Notes: generated from the sequence alone by a model not told the origin. 64,000 bases of DNA from Alphaproteobacteria bacterium (GCA_005883305.1 VBAC01000002.1:178527-242526), one strand, 5' to 3'; positions 47,036 to 58,925 are shown, counted from the first letter of the stretch. Translations and numbers: made by a program.

Positions 47036-48040
47036 TCAAGCCGCCCCCACCACGCTCTCGGGCAGATCCTTGCCGAACACGCGCTGGTAATATTCGGCCA
47101 CGGTCGCCCGCTCGGCCTCGTCGCACTTGTTAAGGAAGGTGAGGCGGAAGGCGAAGCCGACGTCGCCGAAGATGAGCGCGTTCTGCGCCCAGCTGATCAC
47201 GGTGCGGGGGCTCATCACCGTCGAGATGTCGCCGTTGACGAAGCCCTGGCGCGAGAGCTCCGCGACCTTGATCATCCGCTCGACCTCGGCGCGGCCGCCC
47301 TCGTGGTCGTATTCGCCCGACTTGGCCAGCACGATCCGCGCCTCGGTCTCGGCCGGCAGATAGTTGAGTGTGACGACGATGTTCCAGCGGTCCATCTGGC
47401 CCTGGTTGATCTGCTGGGTACCGTGATAGAGGCCGGTCGTATCGCCGAGGCCGACCGTGTTGGTCGTCGCGAACAGCCGGAAATAGGGATGCGGGCGGAT
47501 CACCCGGTTCTGGTCGAGCAGGGTCAGCTTGCCCTCGGTCTCGAGCACGCGCTGGATGACGAACATCACGTCGGGCCGGCCCGCATCATATTCGTCGAAC
47601 ACCAAAGCGGTGGGCGTCTGCAGAGCCCAGGGCAGGAGACCCTCGCGGAACTCGGTCACCTGCTGCCCGTCGCGAAGGACGATCGCGTCGCGGCCGACCA
47701 GGTCGATCCGGCTGATATGGGCGTCGAGGTTGATCCGGATCAGCGGCCAGTTGAGCCTTGCCGCGACCTGCTCGATATGGGTCGACTTGCCGGTGCCGTG
47801 ATAGCCCTGGACCATCACCCGGCGGTTCTTCGAAAAGCCCGCGGCGATCGCCAGCGTCGTGTCGGGATCGAAGACGTAGGCCGGATCGAGGTCCGGCACG
47901 CGCTCGTCGGCTTCGGAGAAAGCCGGCACCTCCATGTCCGAATCGACTCCGAACAGGTCGCGCACCTTCGCCATCCGGTCGGGCGCGTCCATCACCGTCG
48001 CGGCGCGGCTGTCGGGGTTCACGTTGGGAATGTCTGCCAT
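47036..48040 (-). CDS. cobS: CobS-type AAA+ (MoxR-like) ATPase (aerobic cobaltochelatase subunit S family)
   Basis: [11 protein letters not shown]...[25 protein letters not shown] (Walker A)...LVFDEYD (Walker B). 334 aa. Confidence 0.9.
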   Translation of the reverse strand: MADIPNVNPDSRAATVMDAPDRMAKVRDLFGVDSDMEVPAFSEADERVPDLDPAYVFDPDTTLAIAAGFSKNRRVMVQGYHGTGKSTHIEQVAARLNWPLIRINLDAHISRIDLVGRDAIVLRDGQQVTEFREGLLPWALQTPTALVFDEYDAGRPDVMFVIQRVLETEGKLTLLDQNRVIRPHPYFRLFATTNTVGLGDTTGLYHGTQQINQGQMDRWNIVVTLNYLPAETEARIVLAKSGEYDHEGGRAEVERMIKVAELSRQGFVNGDISTVMSPRTVISWAQNALIFGDVGFAFRLTFLNKCDEAERATVAEYYQRVFGKDLPESVVGAA

Positions 48041-48056
48041 GGTTTTTCTCGAAATT

Positions 48057-48197
48057 CCGTCCTTCGATGCGTCCTTCGAGACACCGGTTCGACAAGCTCA
48101 CCGGCTCCTCAGGATGAGCGGATCCGGTCCGATCAATCTCCCACCCGCTCATCCTGAGTAGGGACTGAGCTTGGCGAAGGCCCGTATCGAAGGACCC
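48057..48197. repeat. two abutting half-copies of the family C element in the cobS 5' leader; the inner termini form a 16-bp-stem hairpin
   Basis: ctcctcaggatgagcg (48105-48120) and cgctcatcctgagtag (48146-48161) are reverse complements with one mismatch. The flanks match the interior of the 44946-45046 copy. Confidence 0.6.
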
Positions 48198-48200
48198 GCG

Positions 48201-48788
48201 TCACGCGAATATCGGTCGTCCTTTGAGCGCCGTATAAGCCTCGATCACCTGCTGCAACGCTTTCTCGTGGCCGCGGTCGCCGCCATTGTGGTCCGGATGG
48301 TAGCGGCGGAGCAGCTCCGCATAGCGGGTGCGGAGCGCCTTTCGGTCGGCGTCCAGGCCGAGTCCCATGGTCCGCAGGTTGCGCCGGTCGCCTTCGCTCA
48401 ACGGCTTGCCGTCCCTGCGCTCCCCGGCCTGACGGGAGCGGAAGCGGGCGCCGATCGCGTCGAGAGGATCGACGAAATCGGCCCAGCGCGGCGGCGGCGA
48501 GGCGCCGGCCGTGCCGAACGCGCGGGTCTCGCGCTCCCAGCCGCCATAGGGCGTCTGCGCCTCGCTGATCTCTTCCGCCGTCATCCCCTCGAACCAATTG
48601 TAGCCGGCGTTGAACTCGCGGACATGATCGAGGCAGAGCCAGCGCCACTCGCCCGGTCCGTCGAAATCGGGGCCGTGGACTCCGGGCGCTCGGAATTCTC
48701 CCGGCGCGTCGCATCCGGGGTGCGCGCAATGCGCCGCCCGTCCCTCGACCCGTCCGTGGAATTTCCTGCCTGCGCTGGCCAATGCCAA
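48201..48788 (-). CDS. J-domain (DnaJ-like) protein with an N-terminal Cys/His-rich region
   Basis: C-terminal J domain ...LRTRYAELLRRYHPDHNGGD (HPD motif). N-terminal HCAHPGC...WLCLDHV. TTG start in the track, so the start is uncertain. Confidence 0.8.
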   Translation of the reverse strand: MALASAGRKFHGRVEGRAAHCAHPGCDAPGEFRAPGVHGPDFDGPGEWRWLCLDHVREFNAGYNWFEGMTAEEISEAQTPYGGWERETRAFGTAGASPPPRWADFVDPLDAIGARFRSRQAGERRDGKPLSEGDRRNLRTMGLGLDADRKALRTRYAELLRRYHPDHNGGDRGHEKALQQVIEAYTALKGRPIFA

Positions 48789-48824
48789 CTCCCTTTCCTT
48801 CGCGACCTCACTATATAGGCGCGA

Positions 48825-49109
48825 ATGAGTGCGCCTTTAACCGGATCAGTCGCCCGCGAAATCGAGCAACGCCTCACCGCCGCGCTCGCTCCGGCCAGCC
48901 TGTGCGTGACCAACGATTCGGCCAGGCACCGCGGCCATGCGGGCGACGACGGCTCCGGCGAAAGCCATTTCACTGTAGAGATCGAGGCGGCCCGGTTCGC
49001 CGGCATGACGCGCCTCGAGCGCCAGCGCGCGGTCAACGCCGCGCTCGGCGACCTGATGAAGGAGCGGGTCCACGCTCTGGCGATCAGGGCTCGGGCGCCG
49101 GGGGAGTGA
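48825..49109 (+). CDS. bolA: BolA family protein
   Basis: VTNDSARHRGHAG...SHFTVEIEAARFAGMTRLERQRAVNAAL...VHALAI. Confidence 0.85.
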   Translation: MSAPLTGSVAREIEQRLTAALAPASLCVTNDSARHRGHAGDDGSGESHFTVEIEAARFAGMTRLERQRAVNAALGDLMKERVHALAIRARAPGE

Positions 49110-49276
49110 GCCTTGGCCCTTGCAAAACAGGATTTCATCTGTTCCGCTATGCCGATGGACGCGCGCAGGACATGTCGATCCGGAAGTGGGATGCGTCCTT
49201 GCGGAAGGTTCAATTTTTTCGTTCTTAGGGAGCGGAAACTTCGGAAACTTCCAACGCTTCCGCCGGGCGTTCGAAC

Positions 49277-50179
49277 ATGACGGATGACGAGCTGTTCCTC
49301 CAGACCTTGCTGCCCACGACTCACGATCTCGGCGGGTTCAAGGTCCATCGCACGCTGCCGCATCGCGAGCGCACGACGATCGGGCCGTTCATCTTCTTCG
49401 ACCAGATGGGGCCGGCGAAGCTCGATCCGGGCGCCGGAATCGACGTGCGCCCGCACCCGCACATCAACCTCGCCACCGTCACCTATCTCTTCGCCGGGGC
49501 GATCGACCACCGCGATTCGCTCGGCACCTTCGCCACGATCGAGCCGGGCGCGGTCAATCTGATGACCGCGGGCAAGGGGATCACCCACTCGGAGCGTTCG
49601 CCGGCGGCGCTTCGTCCGGACGGGCCCGAGCTCAGCGGCATCCAGACCTGGCTCGCCCTGCCCGCGGCCAAGGAGGAGATGGACGCCGCCTTCGAGCATG
49701 TGCCCAAGGCCGATCTGCCTTTGGTCGAGGGGGATGGAGTCCGCGCCCGGATCGTCATGGGAACGCTCTGGGGCGAGACCGCGCCAGTCACCTGTCACAG
49801 CCCGACCATCTATGCCGACATCCATCTGGCCGCGGGCGGCGCGATGCCGGTCGATCCCGAGGCCGAGGAGCGCGGCCTCTACGTCGCCGAGGGCGAGGCC
49901 AGCCTGGACGGCCAGCACCTCGAACCTGCGACGCTCTACGTGCTGCGCCCCGGCATTCGAGCCACGCTTCGATCGGAGAGAGGCGGCCGGGTGATGCTCT
50001 GCGGCGGCGCCCCGCTGGACGGGCCGCGCCACGTCTTCTGGAACTTCGTCTCCTCGCGCCGCGAACGGATCAACCAGGCCAAGGAAGACTGGAAGGCCGG
50101 CCGCTTTACCTTGCCCCCCGACGACCATGACGAGTTCATTCCCCTCCCCGAGGTGGTGAAGACGGTGAGCTATCCGTGA
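49277..50179 (+). CDS. pirin family protein (bicupin)
   Basis: GPFIFFDQMGP...VRPHPHINLATVTYLF.G...HRDSLG...NLMTAGKGITHSE. Confidence 0.88.
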   Translation: MTDDELFLQTLLPTTHDLGGFKVHRTLPHRERTTIGPFIFFDQMGPAKLDPGAGIDVRPHPHINLATVTYLFAGAIDHRDSLGTFATIEPGAVNLMTAGKGITHSERSPAALRPDGPELSGIQTWLALPAAKEEMDAAFEHVPKADLPLVEGDGVRARIVMGTLWGETAPVTCHSPTIYADIHLAAGGAMPVDPEAEERGLYVAEGEASLDGQHLEPATLYVLRPGIRATLRSERGGRVMLCGGAPLDGPRHVFWNFVSSRRERINQAKEDWKAGRFTLPPDDHDEFIPLPEVVKTVSYP

Positions 50180-51075
50180 GCACGCTCGCCCTCACCCGCA
50201 TCCCCCTCCCCACCGGAGTCGCGCTCAACGTTCAGACCGGCGGGCCGGAGAATGGAGAGCCGATCGTCCTCCTCCACGGCTTCCCCGAATCGCACCGGAC
50301 GTGGCGCGAGGTGGCGCCCGCGCTGGCCCGCGATTTTCGAGTCGTCGCACCCGACCAGCGCGGCTTCGGCGCGTCGGACAAGCCGGAGGGCGTCGAGAAT
50401 TACAGGACCGACCGCATCGTCGAGGATCTGATCGCCCTCGCCGACGCGCTGGGCATCGGCCGCTTCACGCTCGTCGGCCACGATTGGGGCGGCGCGGTCG
50501 CCTGGCTTGCGGCGCTCAAGCACCCGGACCGCGTTCGGCGCTTGGCGATCGTCAACGCGCCCCACCCTTTGATCTTCCAGAAGACGCTGATCGAGGACTC
50601 GGCCCAGCGCGCCGCCTCGCAATATATCCGCGCCTTCCGCAACCCGGCGATGGAGCAGGGCATCGCGGCAATGGGCTACGAGGCCTTCTTCGCCAGGACC
50701 TTCGCCAGTCATGCCGATATCTCCCGCCTGCCGCCGGAGGAGCGCCAGGCCTATCTCGACGACTGGAGCCAGCCGGGCGCGATGACCGCGATGCTCAACT
50801 GGTACCGGGCGAGCGAGATCGTCGTGCCGGAGCCGGGCGAGGAGGCCGGCGCCCCGGCCTGGACCCTGCTTCCCTTCCCCCACGTGACCCAGCCGACCCT
50901 GGTCGTCTGGGCGCTGAAGGACGTCGCCCTGCTCCCGATTCAGCTCGAAGGCTTGGATGCTCTGGTCGACGATCTGCGCATCGTCACCGTGCCCGACGCG
51001 GGCCATTTCGTTCCTTGGGAGCAGCCCGGGCCGGTGATCGCCGCAATCCGGGATTTCGTGGCCGAGGCCGGATGA
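50176..51075 (+). CDS. alpha/beta hydrolase (epoxide-hydrolase/haloalkane-dehalogenase-like)
   Basis: IVLLHGFPESHRTW, nucleophile elbow LVGHDWGG, C-terminal DAGHFVPWEQP. GTGA overlap with the pirin stop. Confidence 0.85.
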   Translation: MSTLALTRIPLPTGVALNVQTGGPENGEPIVLLHGFPESHRTWREVAPALARDFRVVAPDQRGFGASDKPEGVENYRTDRIVEDLIALADALGIGRFTLVGHDWGGAVAWLAALKHPDRVRRLAIVNAPHPLIFQKTLIEDSAQRAASQYIRAFRNPAMEQGIAAMGYEAFFARTFASHADISRLPPEERQAYLDDWSQPGAMTAMLNWYRASEIVVPEPGEEAGAPAWTLLPFPHVTQPTLVVWALKDVALLPIQLEGLDALVDDLRIVTVPDAGHFVPWEQPGPVIAAIRDFVAEAG

Positions 51076-51090
51076 GCTAAGGGGCCGCAC

Positions 51091-51546
51091 ATGGCCACCT
51101 CCCCCAAGCGCTCGCAATCCCGCTCCGCCGCCCGGCTCGCCGCCGTCCAGGCGCTCTACCAGCAGGAGATGGAAGGCACGCCGATCGCCACCCTGCTCCA
51201 CGAATTCCACCACCACCGGCTCGGCGCGACGATCGACGAGGTCGAATATGCCGACGCCGAGGTCGATTTCTTCGACGACGTGGTCAAGGGCGCCGACGCC
51301 CGGCGCGGGGAGATCGACGCGCTCATCGCGGGGCGCCTCGCGCAGGGCTGGTCGCTCGCCCGGCTCGACAAGCCGATGAAGGCCATCCTTCGCGCCGGCG
51401 CCTACGAGCTCGCCGCACGCGCCGACGTGCCGACCGCCTCGGTGATCAGCGAATATGTCGACGTCGCCAAGGCCTTCTACGACGCCCGCGAGACCGGCTT
51501 CGTCAACGGCCTCCTCGACGCCATCGCCCGGGAGGTGAGGGCGTGA
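51091..51546 (+). CDS. nusB: transcription antitermination factor NusB
   Basis: RSAARLAAVQALYQQEM...ILRAGAYEL......VISEYVDVAKAF......FVNGLLD. Confidence 0.9.
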   Translation: MATSPKRSQSRSAARLAAVQALYQQEMEGTPIATLLHEFHHHRLGATIDEVEYADAEVDFFDDVVKGADARRGEIDALIAGRLAQGWSLARLDKPMKAILRAGAYELAARADVPTASVISEYVDVAKAFYDARETGFVNGLLDAIAREVRA

Positions 51547-51550
51547 CCTC

Positions 51551-51577
51551 AGATCCTCCCCGGGACGGGGAGGATCT
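51551..51577 (+). promoter_or_regulatory. perfect 11-bp-stem hairpin in the nusB-thiL spacer whose 3' arm contains the thiL Shine-Dalgarno
   Basis: agatcctcccc-gggac-ggggaggatct. The hairpin ends 2 nt before the thiL GTG (51580), and the nusB stop is 5 nt upstream of its base. Confidence 0.7.
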
Positions 51578-51579
51578 TC

Positions 51580-52509
51580 GTGAGTGAATCCGCCTTCATC
51601 GACACGCTGCGCGCGATCGCCACCCACCCCGCGGCCCGCGACCTGATCGACGACGCGGCGGTGCTGCAGATGGGGGACGGCGCGCTGGTGCTGACCCACG
51701 ACATGATCGTCGAGGGGGTCCACTATCTGCCGGACGATCCGCCCGCCGACGTGGCCTGGAAGCTGGTCGCGGTGAACCTTTCCGATCTCGCCGCCAAGGG
51801 CGCTCGGCCGATCGGCGTGCTGCTCGGCTTCACCCTCGGCGACGAGGAATGGGACCGGGCGTTCGCCGTCGGCCTCGGCGCCGCGCTCGCGGCCTTCGGC
51901 ATCCCGCTGCTTGGCGGCGACAGCGTCTCCGCGCCCTCGCGCGTGCTCGGCCTGACCGCGCTCGGGCAGGCCGCGGGGCCGGTCCCCTCGCGCGCCGGCG
52001 CCGCGGCGGGCGATGCCTTGTGGGTCAGCGGCACGATCGGCGATGCCGGCGCGGGCCTGAAGGCGCTCCGTGCGGGCGAGGACGCGCCGGCGCTGATCGA
52101 GCGCTACCGAACGCCGCGCCCGCGCCTCGAGGCCGGGCAGCGCCTGGCGCCGCTGGTGAGCGCGATGATGGACGTCTCGGACGGGCTCCTGATCGACACC
52201 TCGCGAATGGCGGCGGCGAGCGAATGCGGCGTCGAGATCGCGCTGGACTCGGTGCCGCGATCCCCCTCCTTCGCCGGAACCGCGACGGAGGCCGTGACGG
52301 CGGGCGACGATTACGAGCTGCTCTTCGCGCTCGCGCCGGGCCGCGCCGCGGCCGTGCTCGCCCTGGCCGAGGAGATCGGCCTGCCCTTCACGCGCATCGG
52401 CCGCTTCGTCGAAGGCGCCGGGCTGACCCTCACCGAGAAGGGGCTCGCGGTTCCGCTCCCCGGGCGGCTCGGTTACGAGCATGGCCGAGGGAACCCTTCG
52501 ACCGGTTGA
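51580..52509 (+). CDS. thiL: thiamine-monophosphate kinase
   Basis: GTG start. ESAFIDTL...DDAAVL...THDMIVEGVHY...AWKLVAVNLSDLAAKGA...GGD...MDVSDGL (PurM-like fold). Confidence 0.88.
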   Translation: MSESAFIDTLRAIATHPAARDLIDDAAVLQMGDGALVLTHDMIVEGVHYLPDDPPADVAWKLVAVNLSDLAAKGARPIGVLLGFTLGDEEWDRAFAVGLGAALAAFGIPLLGGDSVSAPSRVLGLTALGQAAGPVPSRAGAAAGDALWVSGTIGDAGAGLKALRAGEDAPALIERYRTPRPRLEAGQRLAPLVSAMMDVSDGLLIDTSRMAAASECGVEIALDSVPRSPSFAGTATEAVTAGDDYELLFALAPGRAAAVLALAEEIGLPFTRIGRFVEGAGLTLTEKGLAVPLPGRLGYEHGRGNPSTG

Positions 52510-52606
52510 AACCTTTTTCCATCCACCCTAAGGAGCGCGCCATTGCGGCGCGCCCGTTCGGGCGATCAGCGCCGGATCAAGTCCAGTTCAGGGGAAGGAC
52601 GATTTC

Positions 52607-54778
<2,172 letters not shown>

Positions 54779-54804
54779 TCGTTTCGAATAGGTCGCGAAA
54801 AAGG

Positions 54805-54836
54805 CTCGCCGGACTTCGGTCCGGCGGGCTTTTTCT
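54805..54836 (+). terminator. rho-independent terminator after hppA
   Basis: cgccggac-ttcg-gtccggcg stem-loop followed by ggctttttcttg. Confidence 0.8.
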
Positions 54837-54891
54837 TGTCTTTACAGCGCTTGCCGCACGGGCTTATCGTGTTTCGGGGGGACTTGCATCG

Positions 54892-56901
54892 GTGCCGAAG
54901 CGCTTTTCCGCGCTGATCTGCGCGGCATTGCTGACCGTCTGGACGCCGCTCGGCGCGCAGCAGCCGCCCGAGCGCGGCAAGGCGCCGCCATCCGCCGCGA
55001 CGCCCTCGCCGCAGGTGTCGATCGAGGATTTCGCCCGGCTCCCGTTCCTCTCGGACGCCTTGCTGTCGCCCGACGGGCGCCGAATCGCCGGCCGGGTGTC
55101 GCATGACGGCACCGAGGGCATCGCCATCTGGACGCTTGGCGAGGGCGCCGAGCAGGTCCCCCAGCAGATCGCGGTAAGCGGTAGCGAATCGTTCGTCTGG
55201 GCGAGCGACACCAAGCTGCTCGTCACCACCGGCACGACGATCGTCATCGCCGGCCCAGGCGAGCTTGTGCCCCTCCGCCTGCAGCGGATTCAGAGCTTCG
55301 ACCTGATCTCCGGCAAGCTCACCCCGCTCGGCTCGGATGCGGGCTTCCTGCAGGAGCTGATCTTCATCGACCGGGCCGGCCGCTACGTGCTGCTTTCGAA
55401 CGGGGAGCGGTTCGATCGCCCGCCCAGCGTGGTGCGCGTGGACCTCGAGAGCGGGGCGACGACCGTGGTTCAGCCCGGTCAGCGCGGCGTCTACAGCTGG
55501 TTCGCGGACAGCGAGGGGGTGGTCCGGGTCGGCGTCGATTACGGCGAGCGGCGCACCCGTATCTATTATCGCAGCTCGGCGACCGCGCCGCTGGCGCTCG
55601 TCGAAACTCATCGCAACCTGGAGGACGACAGCGTGATCGACGCTGTCCGCTTCGTCACCAACACCAGCCGGGGGACCATCGTCACCAATGCCGAAACCGG
55701 GCGCTTTGCGGTCTACGACTACGATTTCGCCACCGACACGCGCGGCGCCGCGCTCTTTTCCCACCCGGACGTCGACGTCACGCGCGCGATCTACGGGACC
55801 GACGGCCGGCTCGACGGAGTCGTCTACGAGGACGATCGTCCGCGCGTGCGCTGGCTGAACCAGGACATGGAGCGGCTTCAGGCCAGGATCGACCGCAGCC
55901 TGCCCGACCACACCAATTCGATCGTCAACCGAAGCCGCGACGGCAACCGGGTGCTGATCTTCTCGTCCGCCGCCGACGATCCCGGCACCTATTATGTGTT
56001 CGACCAGGCGGCGCGGCGAATGGAGATTTTCGCCAGCCCCTACGACAATCTCGTCGGACGCGGCTTCGCGCCGGTCCGCCCGGTCAGCTACCAGAGCCGG
56101 GACGGCCTCACCATCCGCGGCTATCTGACGCTGCCGCCCGGGCGCGGCGAGCGCGACCTGCCGCTGATCGTCCTGCCGCACGGCGGCCCTTTCTTCCGCG
56201 ACAGCTGGTCGTTCGATCCCGAAGTCCAGTTCCTCGCCAGCCGCGGCTATGCGGTTCTTCAGCCCAATTTCCGCGGCTCCACCGGCTACGGCCGCAGCTT
56301 TGTCGAGCGCGGCTACGGCCAGCTGGGCGGGGGGATGCTCAACGACATCGAGGATGGCATGGACTGGCTGGTCCGCGAGGGCATCGCCGATCCCCGCCGC
56401 GCCTGCATCATGGGCAGCTCCTACGGCGGCTATGCGGCGATCTGGGGCGCGATGCGCAGCCCGGATCGCTATCGCTGCGCGATCAGCTTCGCCGGGCCGA
56501 CCGACCTTCGCGCCATGCTCCATCACGACAGCCGCTTCTTCCTCGCCCGCCGCTATGCCCGCGAGCTTCGCCTTCAGCTGCAGGGCGAGGAGCGGCTGGA
56601 CCTCAACGCGATATCGCCGCTTCGGCACCCTGAGATGCTTCGCGTGCCGTTGCTGCTCGGCCATGGCGAGCAGGACCCGACCGTGCCGGTAGACCAGGGC
56701 CACCGGTTCGTGCGCGCGCTGGGGCGCAACCCGACGCCGGTCGAATCCGTCTTCTTCCCCAAATCGGGCCATGGTTTCAGCGACGCTCCGGAAGCGGCCG
56801 ACTGGATGCGCCGGGTCGAATCCTTCCTCGCGCGGCACAATCCTGCCGGCCCGCCGCCCGCTCCCGCGGTGGCGCGGATCGCGGCGTCGGGAACCCGCTA
56901 G
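54892..56901 (+). CDS. secreted S9 family serine peptidase (prolyl oligopeptidase / dipeptidyl-peptidase type)
   Basis: The in-frame GTG 54892 gives a signal peptide VPKRFSALICAALLTVWTPLGAQ. Beta-propeller N-domain. Catalytic GSSYGG and GEQDPTVP...GH. The 1452-aa track ORF is an artefactual fusion with an off-frame read of hppA. Confidence 0.85.
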   Translation: MPKRFSALICAALLTVWTPLGAQQPPERGKAPPSAATPSPQVSIEDFARLPFLSDALLSPDGRRIAGRVSHDGTEGIAIWTLGEGAEQVPQQIAVSGSESFVWASDTKLLVTTGTTIVIAGPGELVPLRLQRIQSFDLISGKLTPLGSDAGFLQELIFIDRAGRYVLLSNGERFDRPPSVVRVDLESGATTVVQPGQRGVYSWFADSEGVVRVGVDYGERRTRIYYRSSATAPLALVETHRNLEDDSVIDAVRFVTNTSRGTIVTNAETGRFAVYDYDFATDTRGAALFSHPDVDVTRAIYGTDGRLDGVVYEDDRPRVRWLNQDMERLQARIDRSLPDHTNSIVNRSRDGNRVLIFSSAADDPGTYYVFDQAARRMEIFASPYDNLVGRGFAPVRPVSYQSRDGLTIRGYLTLPPGRGERDLPLIVLPHGGPFFRDSWSFDPEVQFLASRGYAVLQPNFRGSTGYGRSFVERGYGQLGGGMLNDIEDGMDWLVREGIADPRRACIMGSSYGGYAAIWGAMRSPDRYRCAISFAGPTDLRAMLHHDSRFFLARRYARELRLQLQGEERLDLNAISPLRHPEMLRVPLLLGHGEQDPTVPVDQGHRFVRALGRNPTPVESVFFPKSGHGFSDAPEAADWMRRVESFLARHNPAGPPPAPAVARIAASGTR

Positions 56902-56970
56902 GGCCCGGCTTTGCATTTTTGCGGCGAGCGGCTAAGGCCTCCCCGCATTTTTTGGACCCCAGGGATTTGA

Positions 56971-57189
56971 ATGGCCAAGGAAGAGCTTCTCGAGATGCGC
57001 GGGCAGGTGGTCGAGCTTCTGCCCAACGCAATGTTCCGCGTTAAGCTCGAGAACGGCCACGAGATCCTCGGCCACACCGCCGGCAAGATGCGCAAGAACC
57101 GGATCCGCGTGCTGACCGGCGACGAGGTGCTGGTCGAGCTGACGCCCTACGACCTTACCAAGGGCCGGATTACCTACCGCTTCAAATAA
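56971..57189 (+). CDS. infA: translation initiation factor IF-1
   Basis: [72 protein letters not shown]. Confidence 0.95.
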   Translation: MAKEELLEMRGQVVELLPNAMFRVKLENGHEILGHTAGKMRKNRIRVLTGDEVLVELTPYDLTKGRITYRFK

Positions 57190-57204
57190 GCGTAGGCCCG
57201 CATC

Positions 57205-57771
57205 ATGCGGCTGATCCTCGCCTCCGCCTCGCCCCGACGGCTCGATCTGCTTGCGCGGATCGGCGTGACCCCCGATGCGGTCACTCCCGCCGAGATCGAC
57301 GAGACTCCGCTCAAGGGCGAGCTTCCCATCCCCTATGCGCGGCGAATCGCCGCGGCCAAGGCCGAGGCGGTGCGCGAAGGAGGCGCGCTCGTCCTCGCCG
57401 CCGACACCGTGGTCGCCGCCGGCCGTCGCATCCTGCCCAAGACGGAGACGGAAGCCGAAGCGCGCGCCGCGCTCTTGCATCTCTCGGGCCGCCGGCACCG
57501 GGTCTACAGCGCCGTGAACCTGATCGACGCCGAAGGCCGCGCCCGGCACCGCCTCTCCACCTCGATCGTTACCTTCAAGCGGCTGAGCGAGGACGAGCTC
57601 TCCGCCTATCTCGCGAGCGGCGAATGGCACGGAAAGGCGGGCGGCTACGCGATCCAGGGCCGCGCCGAGGCGCTGATCCGCGCGCTGTCCGGCTCCTTCT
57701 CGGGCGTGATGGGGCTGCCCCTGTTCGAAACCCGCGCCCTGCTCCGAGCGGCGGGCTATCCGCTTGGCTGA
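57205..57771 (+). CDS. maf: Maf-like nucleoside triphosphate pyrophosphatase
   Basis: LILASASPRR..LL..IG...........DE........LVLAADTVV...GKAGGYAIQG motifs. Confidence 0.88.
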   Translation: MRLILASASPRRLDLLARIGVTPDAVTPAEIDETPLKGELPIPYARRIAAAKAEAVREGGALVLAADTVVAAGRRILPKTETEAEARAALLHLSGRRHRVYSAVNLIDAEGRARHRLSTSIVTFKRLSEDELSAYLASGEWHGKAGGYAIQGRAEALIRALSGSFSGVMGLPLFETRALLRAAGYPLG

Positions 57772-58711
57772 GTGGCTCTACGAGGAAGGGATCGGCGAGA
57801 ACCGCGCGATCCTCGTCGAGGGCGGCGAGATCGTCGAAGCCGCGATCGAGCTGCCCGGTCTGCGCGCCGGAGCGGTGGTCCCGGCGAGGCTATCCAGCGC
57901 CGCGGGGAGCGCCACGCTGGAGGACGGAACCGAGGCGATGGTCTCGCCGGTCGGCAGGCTGAGCGAAGGGGCGGCATTCCGCGCCGAGGTGCTGCGCGAG
58001 ACGATCCCCGAGCGAGGCCGTCCCAAGCCGCCGAAGGTCCGCCCGACCGAGCTGGCGTTTCGGGCCGGGCCGTCTCTCGCTGACCGCGTCGGATCCCCTG
58101 CCCTTCCCGCGCACCGCCTCGACCTGTTCGAGCAGGCGGGCTGGTCCGAGCTTCTCGAGCAGGCGCGGACCGGCGAAATCGCCTTTCCCGGCGGCGCCCT
58201 GCGGATGAGCGTCACGCCGGCAATGACCCTGTTCGACGTCGACGGCAGCCTTCCGGCGGAGGAGCTGGCCGAAGTCGGGGCGGAAGCGGCGGCGAAGGCG
58301 ATACGACGGCTGGGCATAACGGGATCAATCGGGATCGACCTTCCCACTCTGCCCCGCGAGAGGCGCCAGCGGGCCGCGGCGGCGGTCGACGGCATTCTCC
58401 CCCAGCCCTTCGAGCGCACGGCGGTGAACGGCTTCGGCTTCCTTCAGATCGTCCGGCGCCGGGAACGGCCGAGCATCCCGGAGCTGGTCCAGGGCGATCC
58501 CGTGGCGGCCACCGCGCGCGCGCTCCTGCGCCGTGCCGGGCGCGAAACCGGTGCCGTCGCCCTCAATGCCACGCCCCGCCTGGTCGCGTTCCTCGAGGAG
58601 CGGCCGGACTGGCTGAAGGCGCTTGCGCGCCGGACCGGCGGCGAGATCGTCTTGCGGGCCCAGCCGGGCCTCGCCATATCCGCCGGCCATGTCCAGACCG
58701 TCCAAAGCTGA
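57764..58711 (+). CDS. RNase E/G-family-like protein lacking the S1 domain (short alphaproteobacterial form)
   Basis: ENRAILVEGGEIVEAAIE, MTLFDVDGS and SIGIDLP resemble the RNase E/G catalytic core. Lies in the conserved maf-x-yacG position. TTG start. Assignment from memory only. Confidence 0.5.
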   Translation: MAEWLYEEGIGENRAILVEGGEIVEAAIELPGLRAGAVVPARLSSAAGSATLEDGTEAMVSPVGRLSEGAAFRAEVLRETIPERGRPKPPKVRPTELAFRAGPSLADRVGSPALPAHRLDLFEQAGWSELLEQARTGEIAFPGGALRMSVTPAMTLFDVDGSLPAEELAEVGAEAAAKAIRRLGITGSIGIDLPTLPRERRQRAAAAVDGILPQPFERTAVNGFGFLQIVRRRERPSIPELVQGDPVAATARALLRRAGRETGAVALNATPRLVAFLEERPDWLKALARRTGGEIVLRAQPGLAISAGHVQTVQS

Positions 58712-58886
58712 GTCCTGCCCCTTGTGCGGCAAGCCGGCCGAGCCCGCGCACAAGCCCTTCTGTTCGCGCGGCTGCAAGGACCGCGACCTTTTGAAATGGC
58801 TCGGCGACGGCTATCGCGTGCCCGGCCCGCCGGCCGGTCCGGAGACTTTGCCGAATGGCGAGGACGGGCTGGACAGCGAGCGCTGA
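58689..58886 (+). CDS. yacG: DNA gyrase inhibitor YacG (zinc finger)
   Basis: Internal ATG 58689 gives MSRPSKAESCPLCGKPAEPAHKPFCSRGCKDRDLLKWLGDGYRVP (C-x2-C...C-x3-C). Overlaps the upstream gene end by 23 nt. Confidence 0.85.
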   Translation: MSRPSKAESCPLCGKPAEPAHKPFCSRGCKDRDLLKWLGDGYRVPGPPAGPETLPNGEDGLDSER

Positions 58887-58925
58887 GCGCCTCTATAGCG
58901 CCGCTTCCGCGCATCGAGCGGATAC

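Noticed and set aside
49225-49262. Tandem ggaaacttc-ggaaacttcc repeat and a T-run upstream of the pirin gene
   Set aside because: There are only two short copies in an ordinary promoter-size spacer, with no partner motif elsewhere in the window. That is not enough to call a regulatory site.
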